DNA of 64,000 nt from Spirochaetaceae bacterium (GCA_051531975.1 JAOPTT010000002.1:1-64000), one strand, 5' to 3'. Shown: positions 30,605-40,381, counted from the stretch's first letter. Numbers and translations are program-made. Notes: generated from the letters alone by a model not told the origin.

Positions 30605-31716
30605 AATGTTCCTCTAATATCTAATAGTTGTTTTACGGCAATCTTTCCAACATTACCAAAATTAAAAAGAGATTTTTCTCTTAATTTAGTAATGTCTTCT
30701 TTAAAATTATTGTCATTTAACTGTCTGTTTATAACTTCAATTATATTCGATATTTTATCTTGAGCTACTACAGTTCCTAAACTCTTTCGAACATCAAGTT
30801 CCCAAATAGTCTTAGAAGTCAGATCTTCGAACTCCATACCTTTTGGCTCGATATCGTAGGATAGTGATATAACAGGTTTTTGATATATAAATCCAAAATC
30901 AAATATTACACCAGAAAGATCCGAGATCATTATATCTGCACTGTTTAAACTGTCATGACCACTAGGGCTATAATCCCATCTGATATTTGAATATTTTTTA
31001 GTTTTATTTAAAATATCTTTTAGAAGCTTCTTTTCTGAAACTAACATCTGGGGATGAGGCCTAACTATAACATCAAAACCATTCTCTAATATATCAATTA
31101 AAAAGTTAGTACCATATTTTGAGAAGGCACCATTAACACCCCATGTAGGAGCAATTAATACACACTTAGGACCATCTTTTTCAATTACTTTAGATTCATT
31201 TTCTAAGTTAGAAGCTAATACATCCATATAAGGACATCCAGTTTTTAATAAAACCTTCTCTTTTGAACCTCTAATTTTTTCTAATATTCGAATTGACTCT
31301 ATCTGGTGGTTTCCAGAACACATTATATAATCAAAATGATCAAATGAATATTTTCTATATTTACCAAAATCTATTGGTGAATGAACAATATGTATATATT
31401 TTTTTACCCCTGGAGACCTTTTAATAGTTAAAGTTTGTAAACCAGGTGTTGTCATAAGTACTGTTCCAGCTTCTAACATGTTCATAAATAGAAGAGAAGC
31501 AAATCCAGAACCTATATAATAAGGTTTCAAATATTCTGAGGCTATTATTATCCCAGGATCATTTATATCCATGGAGATGTAGGAGAACTTAATTTCTTGT
31601 TTTATTAATTCTTGGATTATAGGTTTAAAAGTAGTAAAATAATTATCATTTTCAGAAAACAGTACAATTTCACTATACTCCTTAGAAAAATCTTTTAATT
31701 TACTCTTTTTTATCAT
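30601..31716 (-). CDS. CDP-glycerol glycerophosphotransferase (TagB/TagF) family protein
   Basis: MTTPGL, HIVHS, GCPYMD, VLIAPTWG, VRPHPQ, ADIMISDLSGVIFDF. Confidence 0.82.
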   Translation of the reverse strand: MIKKSKLKDFSKEYSEIVLFSENDNYFTTFKPIIQELIKQEIKFSYISMDINDPGIIIASEYLKPYYIGSGFASLLFMNMLEAGTVLMTTPGLQTLTIKRSPGVKKYIHIVHSPIDFGKYRKYSFDHFDYIMCSGNHQIESIRILEKIRGSKEKVLLKTGCPYMDVLASNLENESKVIEKDGPKCVLIAPTWGVNGAFSKYGTNFLIDILENGFDVIVRPHPQMLVSEKKLLKDILNKTKKYSNIRWDYSPSGHDSLNSADIMISDLSGVIFDFGFIYQKPVISLSYDIEPKGMEFEDLTSKTIWELDVRKSLGTVVAQDKISNIIEVINRQLNDNNFKEDITKLREKSLFNFGNVGKIAVKQLLDIRGTL

Positions 31717-31906
31717 CGTCCTGGCTCTCTACACTTTTTTTAGATTTGAATATTTTATAAAAGAAACCTTTAAAAACATACGCCAAAGTTGCGAAAACAC
31801 CAATTATTCCGGAAACAATCATGCTTCCAGTTCCTGGGTCTAAATAAGCACTTGCCTGTATTAAAATTAACATTAAAAACATTACACTAAAAAATATCTT
31901 TTTCAT
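31700..31906 (-). CDS. Small membrane protein (signal peptide, YLDPGTGS motif, TM helix)
   Basis: 68 aa; starts 3 nt after the upstream stop and overlaps the downstream gene; ASA|YLDPGTGSM. Confidence 0.8.
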   Translation of the reverse strand: MKKIFFSVMFLMLILIQASAYLDPGTGSMIVSGIIGVFATLAYVFKGFFYKIFKSKKSVESQDDDKKE

Positions 31907-31909
31907 CTA

Positions 31910-34123
31910 TTATTCTCCATTAACTGTTTCATTTACCCAGTTATTTTTATCAAATACACTACCTGAAACACTAAATTCACTTATAAAGTTATATTTATTA
32001 TACTCATTTCCTGTTAACTTCCAAGGAGTAATAAAGACTTTTAGACTTCTATTTAAATCGGGGTAGTTAATAGGGTCATTTTTCCCTAAAACAGAGCTCG
32101 CAATGTCGTAGGTATCGGCATTAGAAAGTAGCAGATCTGATACTTTTAAATCCCCACCGGAGTCTATTTCTTTTACCATCATTATTGGATGAACTCGACC
32201 AGTAGGAACTAGAACTTCCCCAGAATCGTTAAGTAATTCAGTAAAGTCAAAAAACATATCGCTTGTTCCAGAAACACCATGATCTGAGACAATTATTATT
32301 TTACTATTATTATATACATTGTTCTCTTTCATCCAATTAAACCAGTCTACAAGTAGGTTAAAAGAGGTCCTATATGTATCTAATACAACTTTAGGATTTA
32401 TATAGTTTGTATTATTATCTCTATTTAATATCTGCTGTGGATTAGAACTCATATATGTTTTTGTAACTTTACCATCTTCATCTAATCCAAAAGGCATATG
32501 TGTTAAGTTATTTGCAAAAAACTTAACTGTTTTAGTTTTTGAATCTGTAGTGGATAATTCAGGTAACATTTTTAGTACAGAAAAATTTTCTAATATATGA
32601 GTAATAGTACTGCCACCATTATTTGTTTTTAGCCACTTACCCTTAGAGTATATTCTTGATTTAAAAATATGAGGAGATGATTTAAATAGACCAATAGCCA
32701 TAAATAGACCTCTATAATCAATTGATTCTGTTAATTTATTAACTTCATTAACGTTTTTACCGAGAGACTTCCATTTTGAAAATATATCCTTGTTGGTATA
32801 ATAATTTATATCATTGTCTTCAAAAACTGATTTATCCCAAATATAGTAGAGTCCACCAAATGAGATATCATATCCTTTTTTACCAAAGTCCTTAGAATAT
32901 TGAGTATAAGCTAAGTTATATTGTTCTTTTATATCGATACCCTTTTTATTTATACTGTCCGGTGTAAAATCTCTACCACCTATAAGACTAGGCATGGATG
33001 TATATGTATTATTGGATATTGATATTGTATTAGGGTACCAGGTAAAACCTTTTAACTCACTTTCTAATTCAGGATTATCTAATAGCAGTTCTGGAATATA
33101 ACCTGCACAAAACATATCTAACATTATAATTATTACATTTTCTTCTTTAGAGAATTTAAATGCACTTAAATCTGAACTTTGGGTATTAGAGAAGTTTTGT
33201 TTAGTAGATTTTTGTTTAAATGTAACTATATTTCCAACTGTTTGTCCAAAACTCATTAGGTTAAGAATAACTAATATTGGTAATACTATTTTTGTTTTGT
33301 ATATAAACAGTAAAATAAAAGCCACAAATGATATAAAAATTAAAAACAACTCCAATAATTGTCGAACTTTTCCAAGTTTTAAGTTTTCTGCTTTAGTTAA
33401 TATTACACCATCTAAATTTCCAAAATCACCTGGTAGTAGATAGGAATAAACCCATGTCATTAGGGCTAAAAAAGTTATAAGCAGTAATAATAGGACCTTT
33501 CGGTTAAAACTAAATATTTTAACTATCCAATATAAGGCAGTAATAACTATAGCTGAAAATAGAATTAATGATATTACTATTTTTAAGCTCTCATCATATG
33601 TTTTTGCAGATGAAAAAAGTACATTAAGTGGTGAATATAAAAATGTATTGGCAATTAAAAGAATCAGGGATAAAACTGCAATTTTGTTAAAATTATCAGA
33701 AACATTTTTAGTTAAACTTTTTATCTTATTAACATAGTTATCAGAAAAACAGTAGAACAAGGATATAACCATTGAGATAAATGCTTTCAATGAACCAGAC
33801 TTGATAAAACCAAGGACATAAGAGTTAGAAGTTTCTGACTTCATATCAAATGTAAATGTAACAAATAACATCTTAAAAATTAAATATCCAGACAAAATAA
33901 GGGTTAATATTGAAAGTGATAAAAATATAAAGTATTCGATATTTTTTTCCATAAGTTTAAGTAGCTTAATTAAAAATAGGGCAGCAACTATAAATAGAAT
34001 TAAAAACAGACCTTCTCTTACTAATAAGATATCCCTGTGAATAAAAGAAGCATTCGCCCCTAAAAAGCAGAAGAGACCTAATATAAACTGTATTAGATCT
34101 CTATTTTTTGATATTTTAAACAT
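31910..34123 (-). CDS. Multi-TM protein with an extracytoplasmic alkaline-phosphatase-superfamily (LtaS/sulfatase-like) domain
   Basis: About nine TM helices, then IIIMLD, NNTYTSMPS (Thr nucleophile position), THMP, VSDHG, LSNAD. Confidence 0.78.
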   Translation of the reverse strand: MFKISKNRDLIQFILGLFCFLGANASFIHRDILLVREGLFLILFIVAALFLIKLLKLMEKNIEYFIFLSLSILTLILSGYLIFKMLFVTFTFDMKSETSNSYVLGFIKSGSLKAFISMVISLFYCFSDNYVNKIKSLTKNVSDNFNKIAVLSLILLIANTFLYSPLNVLFSSAKTYDESLKIVISLILFSAIVITALYWIVKIFSFNRKVLLLLLITFLALMTWVYSYLLPGDFGNLDGVILTKAENLKLGKVRQLLELFLIFISFVAFILLFIYKTKIVLPILVILNLMSFGQTVGNIVTFKQKSTKQNFSNTQSSDLSAFKFSKEENVIIIMLDMFCAGYIPELLLDNPELESELKGFTWYPNTISISNNTYTSMPSLIGGRDFTPDSINKKGIDIKEQYNLAYTQYSKDFGKKGYDISFGGLYYIWDKSVFEDNDINYYTNKDIFSKWKSLGKNVNEVNKLTESIDYRGLFMAIGLFKSSPHIFKSRIYSKGKWLKTNNGGSTITHILENFSVLKMLPELSTTDSKTKTVKFFANNLTHMPFGLDEDGKVTKTYMSSNPQQILNRDNNTNYINPKVVLDTYRTSFNLLVDWFNWMKENNVYNNSKIIIVSDHGVSGTSDMFFDFTELLNDSGEVLVPTGRVHPIMMVKEIDSGGDLKVSDLLLSNADTYDIASSVLGKNDPINYPDLNRSLKVFITPWKLTGNEYNKYNFISEFSVSGSVFDKNNWVNETVNGE

Positions 34124-34125
34124 AT

Positions 34126-35193
34126 TTAACCTACTATCTCTTTGATTATTCCATTAAATCGATCTTCTAAACCATCTAATTCATTTTTATAAATGTTAAA
34201 AGCGTTGTCTATAATATTTTCTCTTTCTGTTTCATTTTCTAGATAATAACTACCTTTAGAAACCATATCAGAGAGATCCCATTTAAAGGGAACGTAGGTC
34301 TCTCCTGGAATAAATATATCAGGCCATGTTTCTAAGTGGGACATATCAGGTTTAAGCAGTAGAGATCTATTATATACAGCTTCAAAATCTCTTTTACAAA
34401 GTTCTCCCCAGCCAAATGGGCTAAGAATTATTTTAGACTCTTTAATCTCTCTATTAAACTGTTTCTGGTCTACCCTACCATTTAGAAAATCTGGGTTATC
34501 TTTAATAATTTCAACAATTAATTTTCTTTGATGATGTATACTTTTTTTTGCTGGGAAACCAAGTCGACCATGTATTTTATATTTTTTTACAGAACCAACA
34601 ATACCTGCTCCATCCCAGAAGTTTCTATGATATAAAAACTTAACAAATATAGGCCCAAAAGCTCTAGCAATAACAACTCCAATTCGCTGTCTTAATTTAG
34701 TATTAGGGAAATCTGTTACACCAATATTCCAGGATAGTCTTAATTTATCTAATAAAGATTCATCGGTTAGAACTTCTCGAATTATAGGTTCTGGATCAGT
34801 AACTCCATGCTTTTCATGATGATATTCAGAGAACATCTCATCTCCATAAAAAGTTTTTTTATACAAAGAACGGTCTTTAAAAAGTGCTTTATTATAAAAT
34901 AGATCTACATAGGGTAAAACTTCAGGTCTATGAATAGCTCCACCTGCATTTCCATTAAAGAAAGCAATTCTTTTATACTTTGAACGAAGCTTTTTCATAA
35001 ATTCTAAATCGACAACATCAGGTTTCAAAAACCACCGAACCATAATAAGTATACTATTTTTATCTTTATTCAAAACATATTCACTACTATTAGTAAACTT
35101 AAATCTTTTACACTGCTTCGAAAAAAGAAATGGCTTTAAACTGTGAAAAAGAGACAATCTATCATAAAATGCTAAAACTGTTATATCTTTCAT
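34126..35193 (-). CDS. GT-B fold glycosyltransferase
   Basis: SKIILSPFGWGELCKRDFEA, LLLKPDMSHLETWPD, GETYVP. Confidence 0.7.
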   Translation of the reverse strand: MKDITVLAFYDRLSLFHSLKPFLFSKQCKRFKFTNSSEYVLNKDKNSILIMVRWFLKPDVVDLEFMKKLRSKYKRIAFFNGNAGGAIHRPEVLPYVDLFYNKALFKDRSLYKKTFYGDEMFSEYHHEKHGVTDPEPIIREVLTDESLLDKLRLSWNIGVTDFPNTKLRQRIGVVIARAFGPIFVKFLYHRNFWDGAGIVGSVKKYKIHGRLGFPAKKSIHHQRKLIVEIIKDNPDFLNGRVDQKQFNREIKESKIILSPFGWGELCKRDFEAVYNRSLLLKPDMSHLETWPDIFIPGETYVPFKWDLSDMVSKGSYYLENETERENIIDNAFNIYKNELDGLEDRFNGIIKEIVG

Positions 35194-35349
35194 TAAACTC
35201 TCTTTATAAACCCAATTATTTGTTTATTATTAATATCTATCTTGAATCCTATTCTTGTTGTGTTATAAGTCATTCTGGCACTTCCATTTAATTTTTACAA
35301 CAGTTACGTATTATGGATATTTCTTATTTAATTAAGAATAAGCAATGTT

Positions 35350-35643
35350 TTAAACACTAAGTTCTATATGATTTTTCTTAATATTATCCTGAAACTCTTT
35401 TGGTAAATCAGCCCAGATAAATAGATCCACTCTAAATGTTATATCACTCTCTTGTAAAGATTCACGAAGATTAAAAACATTATCATTATTATTAGTAAAA
35501 ACAACCATATCTAGATCAGAGTAGTTACTATACTGTTCTGTTATCCGAGAACCATAAACCCACACGACCACATTAGGAATATTATCTTTAATAAGTAATT
35601 TTAATATATTTTGATCTTTTGTAGAGATACCTAATTTATTCAT
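35350..35643 (-). CDS. Minimal nucleotidyltransferase (MNT) antitoxin, pair 1
   Basis: VYGSR...SDLDM, RVDL; start placed at ATG 35643, overlapping the HEPN stop. Confidence 0.85.
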   Translation of the reverse strand: MNKLGISTKDQNILKLLIKDNIPNVVVWVYGSRITEQYSNYSDLDMVVFTNNNDNVFNLRESLQESDITFRVDLFIWADLPKEFQDNIKKNHIELSV

Positions 35644-36049
35644 GATACTCAATAATCTTAGAATATAATAATTTAGCATTTTTTATAAAGTCTTCCATTA
35701 AACCGATAGATTCCAGGGCCTTTTCTCCATTATAGTCGTGGGATGTACTTATTCTGGCACTTGCATAACTAAACCACTGTTCAAGGGAACTGTCTAAAAG
35801 AGAGTTTTCAGCTGCAATTCTAAGTATAGGTTTAGGACTATTTGGAACATCAGGTATACCAAGTTCATGTATAAGATATTTTTTTAACAGCTTCCATAGT
35901 GTATCCCAACATGTCTCAAAACGCTGTATAACAGACTCTTGTACAGCCTCTTGAATCAATATATCCAAAGAGGGGTTAAGTGTTCTATAGTTATTATACT
36001 GTAATTCTAAGTTATTTAATGACTTAATAAACTTACTATAATCAATCAT
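35636..36049 (-). CDS. HEPN protein (nucleotidyltransferase substrate-binding, HI0074 type), pair 1
   Basis: IQRFETCWDTLWKLLK, SPKPILR, RISTSHDY (RX4H). Confidence 0.85.
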   Translation of the reverse strand: MIDYSKFIKSLNNLELQYNNYRTLNPSLDILIQEAVQESVIQRFETCWDTLWKLLKKYLIHELGIPDVPNSPKPILRIAAENSLLDSSLEQWFSYASARISTSHDYNGEKALESIGLMEDFIKNAKLLYSKIIEYHE

Positions 36050-36117
36050 AGTTAATGTTACTATCTATTAGAGCTATCGTCTAGAGAAGTTTAAAGCTTC
36101 TTTTTTAAGGGTTATAT

Positions 36118-36414
36118 TTATAACTTAAGAAGCACAGAGCTATTTTCAACTTCTGTGGATAACAGTGAGTCTGAAGAGTGATACTGAACAAAATCAACTT
36201 TTAAATCAAAATCTCTTATTGCTAAATAAGTAATAACTTCTATCCTCTTCTTTTTAAACTCTGCAGAGCTAATGTTTGTATCAATCGCAATATCAATATC
36301 TCCGCCTCTTTTACTATCGTCTACTCGACTACCAAATAGATATATATTGACATCATCAAAATAGGTATTTATAGCATTGACTAGAGTTTTAATAATACGT
36401 TTTGATACTCTCAT
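36118..36414 (-). CDS. MNT antitoxin, pair 2
   Basis: YLFGSRVDDSKRGGDIDI, KVDFV. Confidence 0.88.
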   Translation of the reverse strand: MRVSKRIIKTLVNAINTYFDDVNIYLFGSRVDDSKRGGDIDIAIDTNISSAEFKKKRIEVITYLAIRDFDLKVDFVQYHSSDSLLSTEVENSSVLLKL

Positions 36415-36887
36415 GTTAAATACCTATTTGCAAATTGAATGCTGTTTAGATAATAGAGCTCTATCTTAGAAAAATTATCTATACAAAATTTTAAGTCTTT
36501 TAAAGCTTCAGTAAGGTTTTCAGGATAATCGTGTTCAAGTTCATTTCTAACCTCTCTGAGTTCTATCCAACTGTTTAATGAGTCTATAATTTCTTCATTT
36601 TCGATATTATATAAAACTTCACTCATTTTAGAACTATTAACTCCTGCAACTTCAAGTAGCAGAGGGAATACCTTTGCACCTAAAAAGTCCTGTATAGAAC
36701 TAAATCTCTTAAGATAAGCATCTAAAACAGCTCTATCTGTAACACCTAAAGCTTTGAATATATTAGGTTCATAAATATTAGTAGTAGAAGTCATCTCTTG
36801 AATATAAATATAGTAATCTTTAATAGCGATATAATGTTTCTCTAACTTACCTAATCTTTTTTTAAGAATTTCTTTGCTATTTATCAT
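36411..36887 (-). CDS. HEPN-domain protein, pair 2
   Basis: DAYLKRFSSIQDFLGAKVF, WIELREVRNELEHDYP (RX4H); start could be 36887 or 36911. Confidence 0.82.
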   Translation of the reverse strand: MINSKEILKKRLGKLEKHYIAIKDYYIYIQEMTSTTNIYEPNIFKALGVTDRAVLDAYLKRFSSIQDFLGAKVFPLLLEVAGVNSSKMSEVLYNIENEEIIDSLNSWIELREVRNELEHDYPENLTEALKDLKFCIDNFSKIELYYLNSIQFANRYLT

Positions 36888-36932
36888 AATTAAAATACAC
36901 CCCAATACCATATTTACAACACATCTATAGGA

Positions 36933-36961
36933 ATTATAGCCAACCTAAATTTAAAAGGCAA
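36933..36961 (-). promoter_or_regulatory. Sigma70 promoter for HEPN/MNT pair 2
   Basis: TTGCCT-17 nt-TATAAT on the minus strand. Confidence 0.6.
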
Positions 36962-36994
36962 GATAAACAAATGCTATAGATAATGTAAAAGTTA

Positions 36995-37843
36995 TTACCG
37001 CTTTTGTAGTTTGATACATTCTATTTTACTAATTGGTAGTCCAGATATTTTAGATACTTCTTTAATATCCATACCATTGTTAAGCATTTTAACTACTAGT
37101 TCAGTAATTCCTTCCTGACGACCTTCCTGGCGACCTTCCTGACGACCTTTTTCCACTGAAGACTTCTGAATATAGTTATACTCTTTCCTCTTATGCTGTG
37201 CTTCCAGCTCTTCTTCTGTCATTCCAGCTTCATTTACACTATCCAGTGCATCTTTTACATAACAATCAAGGGTTTGTGGTATATACTCCAGACTTCCGGC
37301 ATTCTTAATAAAATATATCCACTGATCCTTAATATTCTCTAATTCTGATAGATCTTTATTAAATTTAGTAAGTTCTATAAATATTAACTCTATATCATCG
37401 GAATACTGTATAAATGAGTCCTTCTCCAATAGTTTAAACCTACTAATAGCATTCTCAGAATCGGGAAACATATTAAAATCAACTATAGTTAATGCAATTA
37501 CAGGGTTTAACAGAGAGTATTCATCTTTTCTTTTTAACTGTAACGAATAATTTTTTGCAGCATTATACAGTATACGTTTCTCAAAACCCTCATGGTTTAA
37601 AACTTGCATCTCTATTATAACTTTCGTTCCATCATCTAATATCGCCTTAACATCTACATATGTATCCTTCATACCCTGAATCATAGGTATATTGTATGGA
37701 TCAACAATATCTAAGTCCTGAATAGACCTACCATTAGGAAAATCAACTAGGGCATTTAAGAAACTAATTAATATTTTTTTATTCTTGGTACTTCCAAAAA
37801 CTTTTTTAAAAGCAAAATCTGTCTTAACATCTAAAAAATGCAT
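36995..37843 (-). CDS. Rpn family PD-(D/E)XK nuclease (putative transposase family)
   Basis: DFAFKKVFG, VDVKA, IIEMQV, KRILYN, FIELTKF, C-terminal EGRQEGRQEG and ISKISGL. Confidence 0.9.
   Translation of the reverse strand: MHFLDVKTDFAFKKVFGSTKNKKILISFLNALVDFPNGRSIQDLDIVDPYNIPMIQGMKDTYVDVKAILDDGTKVIIEMQVLNHEGFEKRILYNAAKNYSLQLKRKDEYSLLNPVIALTIVDFNMFPDSENAISRFKLLEKDSFIQYSDDIELIFIELTKFNKDLSELENIKDQWIYFIKNAGSLEYIPQTLDCYVKDALDSVNEAGMTEEELEAQHKRKEYNYIQKSSVEKGRQEGRQEGRQEGITELVVKMLNNGMDIKEVSKISGLPISKIECIKLQKR
37110..37149 (-). repeat. Three 12-bp tandem repeats encoding RQEG
   Basis: ccttcctgacga / ccttcctggcga / ccttcctgacga. Confidence 0.9.
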
Positions 37844-37899
37844 TTTATCCTCCAGTTAATTATTTAGTAGTAATATTTATATAAATTCAGATAATATGA

Positions 37900-37952
37900 T
37901 AAATATTATAGTTTCTTTTTATATTTATTCCCATACATCTCATATAGTATTT
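37900..37952 (-). repeat. Degenerate orphan rfbB 3' end plus downstream -10 box
   Basis: 46/54 aligned identities to 40361-40414; still reads KYY-EMYGNK. Confidence 0.75.
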
Positions 37953-38008
37953 ATAACATCCACTAAAGTTTTAATAATACGTTTTCTCCTACCCTTTTGT
38001 GTCTAATA

Positions 38009-39514
38009 TCAAAATTTACTTGCTAAAATAGACCAAAGTTCTTTTGTCTCTAAAAAATGTCTTCGCCACCTTGAGAATACAAGTTCATTATTATCAATTG
38101 ATACAAGAACAAAAAGAGCTTTAAGTACTTTAAAATCAGTCTCATGGTCAATATTTACCCAAGCTTCTTCAGAAAGAGCAATGCTTCGGTGACACAAATC
38201 TATTATTTTTAAAATCTTATCATTACTACTTAAAGGATCAAATGTTTCTTTCAAATATTCAGAATGTTCTTCTGACATCTGTTCCATAGAAGTTGCAAAT
38301 ATTTCAGTATTCTTATAATTTTGATCATCATCAGGAAGGTCCGAGGATATTATATCCATATGATCTTGATGCTCATCTATTATTGTCCCATTCAAATTAT
38401 TTAAAATTTCTTCATTTTTTTTGTGCCATTTATTTACAATATCTCTATAAGTATCTTTTTCTCCAGGATCAAACGAGCTAAAAGCTTCAATTAGTTCAAC
38501 CTGCTCTATAAAATAATTAATATCAGAAGGCTTTCTGTTAAACATAGAGATGATACTAGAAAGTTGATCTTCTACTGTATTCAACTTATTTGAATTTACT
38601 GAAAAATTTAATAATGAAGATCTTTTTTCTATGGGAATAGTAATAAATTTGGAACATAAAAGCTCCAGAAGTTCATCTAATTTAAAAACTTCACTTTTAC
38701 TAAGAACAAAAATTTCAATAACTCTTCTAACATCTTTCAAAACTACCAATGCTTCTTCAATAATTCTTGAAGCACCTATCTGAGTTATAGATTTATAATT
38801 GACAATTTGCGTCTTTAAATTTTCCTCAAAATCATTATTATTAGTGTTTTTATATATAATTTCACTTTGTGTTATATTATCCTCTCTACTTAGAACCTTA
38901 AACCGATTAATAACACTATCAATATTATCATACAAAGGATAAATTCTATCCCATAGCTTTTGTCCATCCATAGTTAGGGGCATCTGAACAGTTTTTTTTA
39001 GAAATCCATTCATCCAATTAACAACTGCTCTGCATTCTGAAGTTGTTATATCCCCTAAAACAAATGCTTTATCCCCAAGTCTATTTTCAATTAAAATAGC
39101 AACGGATAAAATAGCTAGATGATAGGGATACCCTTGTGTTTTACCACCCAATATTTGCGTTCCATTACAATCTACATAAACTAAATCATCTTCGTTAGCA
39201 AAAAGGACATCTTTTGAATTATTAGTAAAACAATGTTTATTGACTTCAAATTTGTAAAGTTCGAATGTTTCAGCCTGTTTCAATGATTTAAGATCACCAG
39301 ATATTTGCCAGTTCTCATCATCCGTTCCTATATTTTCACAAATTTGTTTAGATAATACATACCTTTCATGTCCTGCCACATTGTCCAGTGTCAATCTTAT
39401 TAAATCAACAGGAAAGTTCTTTAGTACTAATTTAGATTCTTCGTAAACACGACTCCACTCTTCCTGAGTAACCCCAGAATCAAAATTAACATATAAATTT
39501 ACAAAAATACCCAT
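38009..39514 (-). CDS. Hypothetical protein, 501 aa
   Basis: Long ORF with RBS GAGGG; no motif that I recognise. Confidence 0.8.
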   Translation of the reverse strand: MGIFVNLYVNFDSGVTQEEWSRVYEESKLVLKNFPVDLIRLTLDNVAGHERYVLSKQICENIGTDDENWQISGDLKSLKQAETFELYKFEVNKHCFTNNSKDVLFANEDDLVYVDCNGTQILGGKTQGYPYHLAILSVAILIENRLGDKAFVLGDITTSECRAVVNWMNGFLKKTVQMPLTMDGQKLWDRIYPLYDNIDSVINRFKVLSREDNITQSEIIYKNTNNNDFEENLKTQIVNYKSITQIGASRIIEEALVVLKDVRRVIEIFVLSKSEVFKLDELLELLCSKFITIPIEKRSSLLNFSVNSNKLNTVEDQLSSIISMFNRKPSDINYFIEQVELIEAFSSFDPGEKDTYRDIVNKWHKKNEEILNNLNGTIIDEHQDHMDIISSDLPDDDQNYKNTEIFATSMEQMSEEHSEYLKETFDPLSSNDKILKIIDLCHRSIALSEEAWVNIDHETDFKVLKALFVLVSIDNNELVFSRWRRHFLETKELWSILASKF

Positions 39515-39562
39515 ATATCCCTCATTACAAGTTAATAGTACTACATAATAATAAATATTATA

Positions 39563-39982
39563 TTAAGGAACTATTTTAATACCTATTTCACTACAGAAAG
39601 AAATAATTGATTTATACTCTTTTGTAGCTATTGCTTTTAATATTTCTAGATTAATCTCTTGATATTCATGTATGGCGATATTTCTAAAACCTGTCATACT
39701 AATCATAGATTTGGATACTGAGCTTGAAATGATCGAATTATTACTTAAAAGAGTGAAAGCCTCTCCACTATTCTGAGGTATACCTAAATGTTTTACAGAT
39801 ACTATATGACCAGCTAAGTCGATTACAGCTTGGCAAGCTCTCTCAATATTTAAAATCATGGCATCAACATGTGTAAAATTATCCAGACTAGGATTAGATG
39901 AAAATTCTTCTAACATACGCCGAAGAGATCTCTCAATTATGGCACCTTTATTAAAAATAATATTATCAGGCTCTATATGCAT
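39563..39982 (-). CDS. hepT: HepT (DUF86) HEPN RNase toxin, pair 3
   Basis: IERACQAVIDLA, GIPQNSGEAF, GFRNIAIHEY. Confidence 0.88.
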   Translation of the reverse strand: MHIEPDNIIFNKGAIIERSLRRMLEEFSSNPSLDNFTHVDAMILNIERACQAVIDLAGHIVSVKHLGIPQNSGEAFTLLSNNSIISSSVSKSMISMTGFRNIAIHEYQEINLEILKAIATKEYKSIISFCSEIGIKIVP

Positions 39983-40358
39983 CTAATATCTCCTTCCGAT
40001 CAATATTAAGTTGAAAATACATTCCTATAAGTGATGAACTATAAATATCGCACTTAGAGACATCTTTTTTATAGATACTTTCACCTCTAAAAAAAGCTTC
40101 GGCAGCATAAACAAGATTCTTAGATGATAATATACCAATATCAACAGATCTACCTAATAAAATCTCTAATTCCCCAGACAAAGTGACTTTATCAAAAGAA
40201 GAAAATTCACAACCATTCTCAAAAAGAATAGCAAGATCTATATCACTATCAGATCTCATTTCACCTCTATAAGCACTTCCAAGAAGATAAACTCCTAAGA
40301 TTCGATTATCATTAATAAAATGAGCTGTAATAATATCTCTAATTTTATCTACATTCAT
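39966..40358 (-). CDS. mntA: MntA adenylyltransferase antitoxin, pair 3
   Basis: YLLGSAYRGEMRSDSDIDLA (GSX10DXD), GRSVDI. Confidence 0.88.
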   Translation of the reverse strand: MNVDKIRDIITAHFINDNRILGVYLLGSAYRGEMRSDSDIDLAILFENGCEFSSFDKVTLSGELEILLGRSVDIGILSSKNLVYAAEAFFRGESIYKKDVSKCDIYSSSLIGMYFQLNIDRKEILDAYRA

Positions 40359-40381
40359 ATTAAATAGTATAGATTCTTTTT

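Noticed and set aside
25544..34123. Phosphonate or phosphocholine (lic) pathway
   Set aside because: No PEP mutase, phosphonopyruvate decarboxylase, LicA choline kinase or LicD in the window
31910..34123. True sulfatase
   Set aside because: No C/S-x-P-x-R formylglycine motif; a Thr sits at the nucleophile position, as in LtaS/EptA-type transferases
36905..36930. Possible fourth rfbB tail (tatttacaacacatct)
   Set aside because: Too short and degenerate to distinguish from chance in AT-rich DNA
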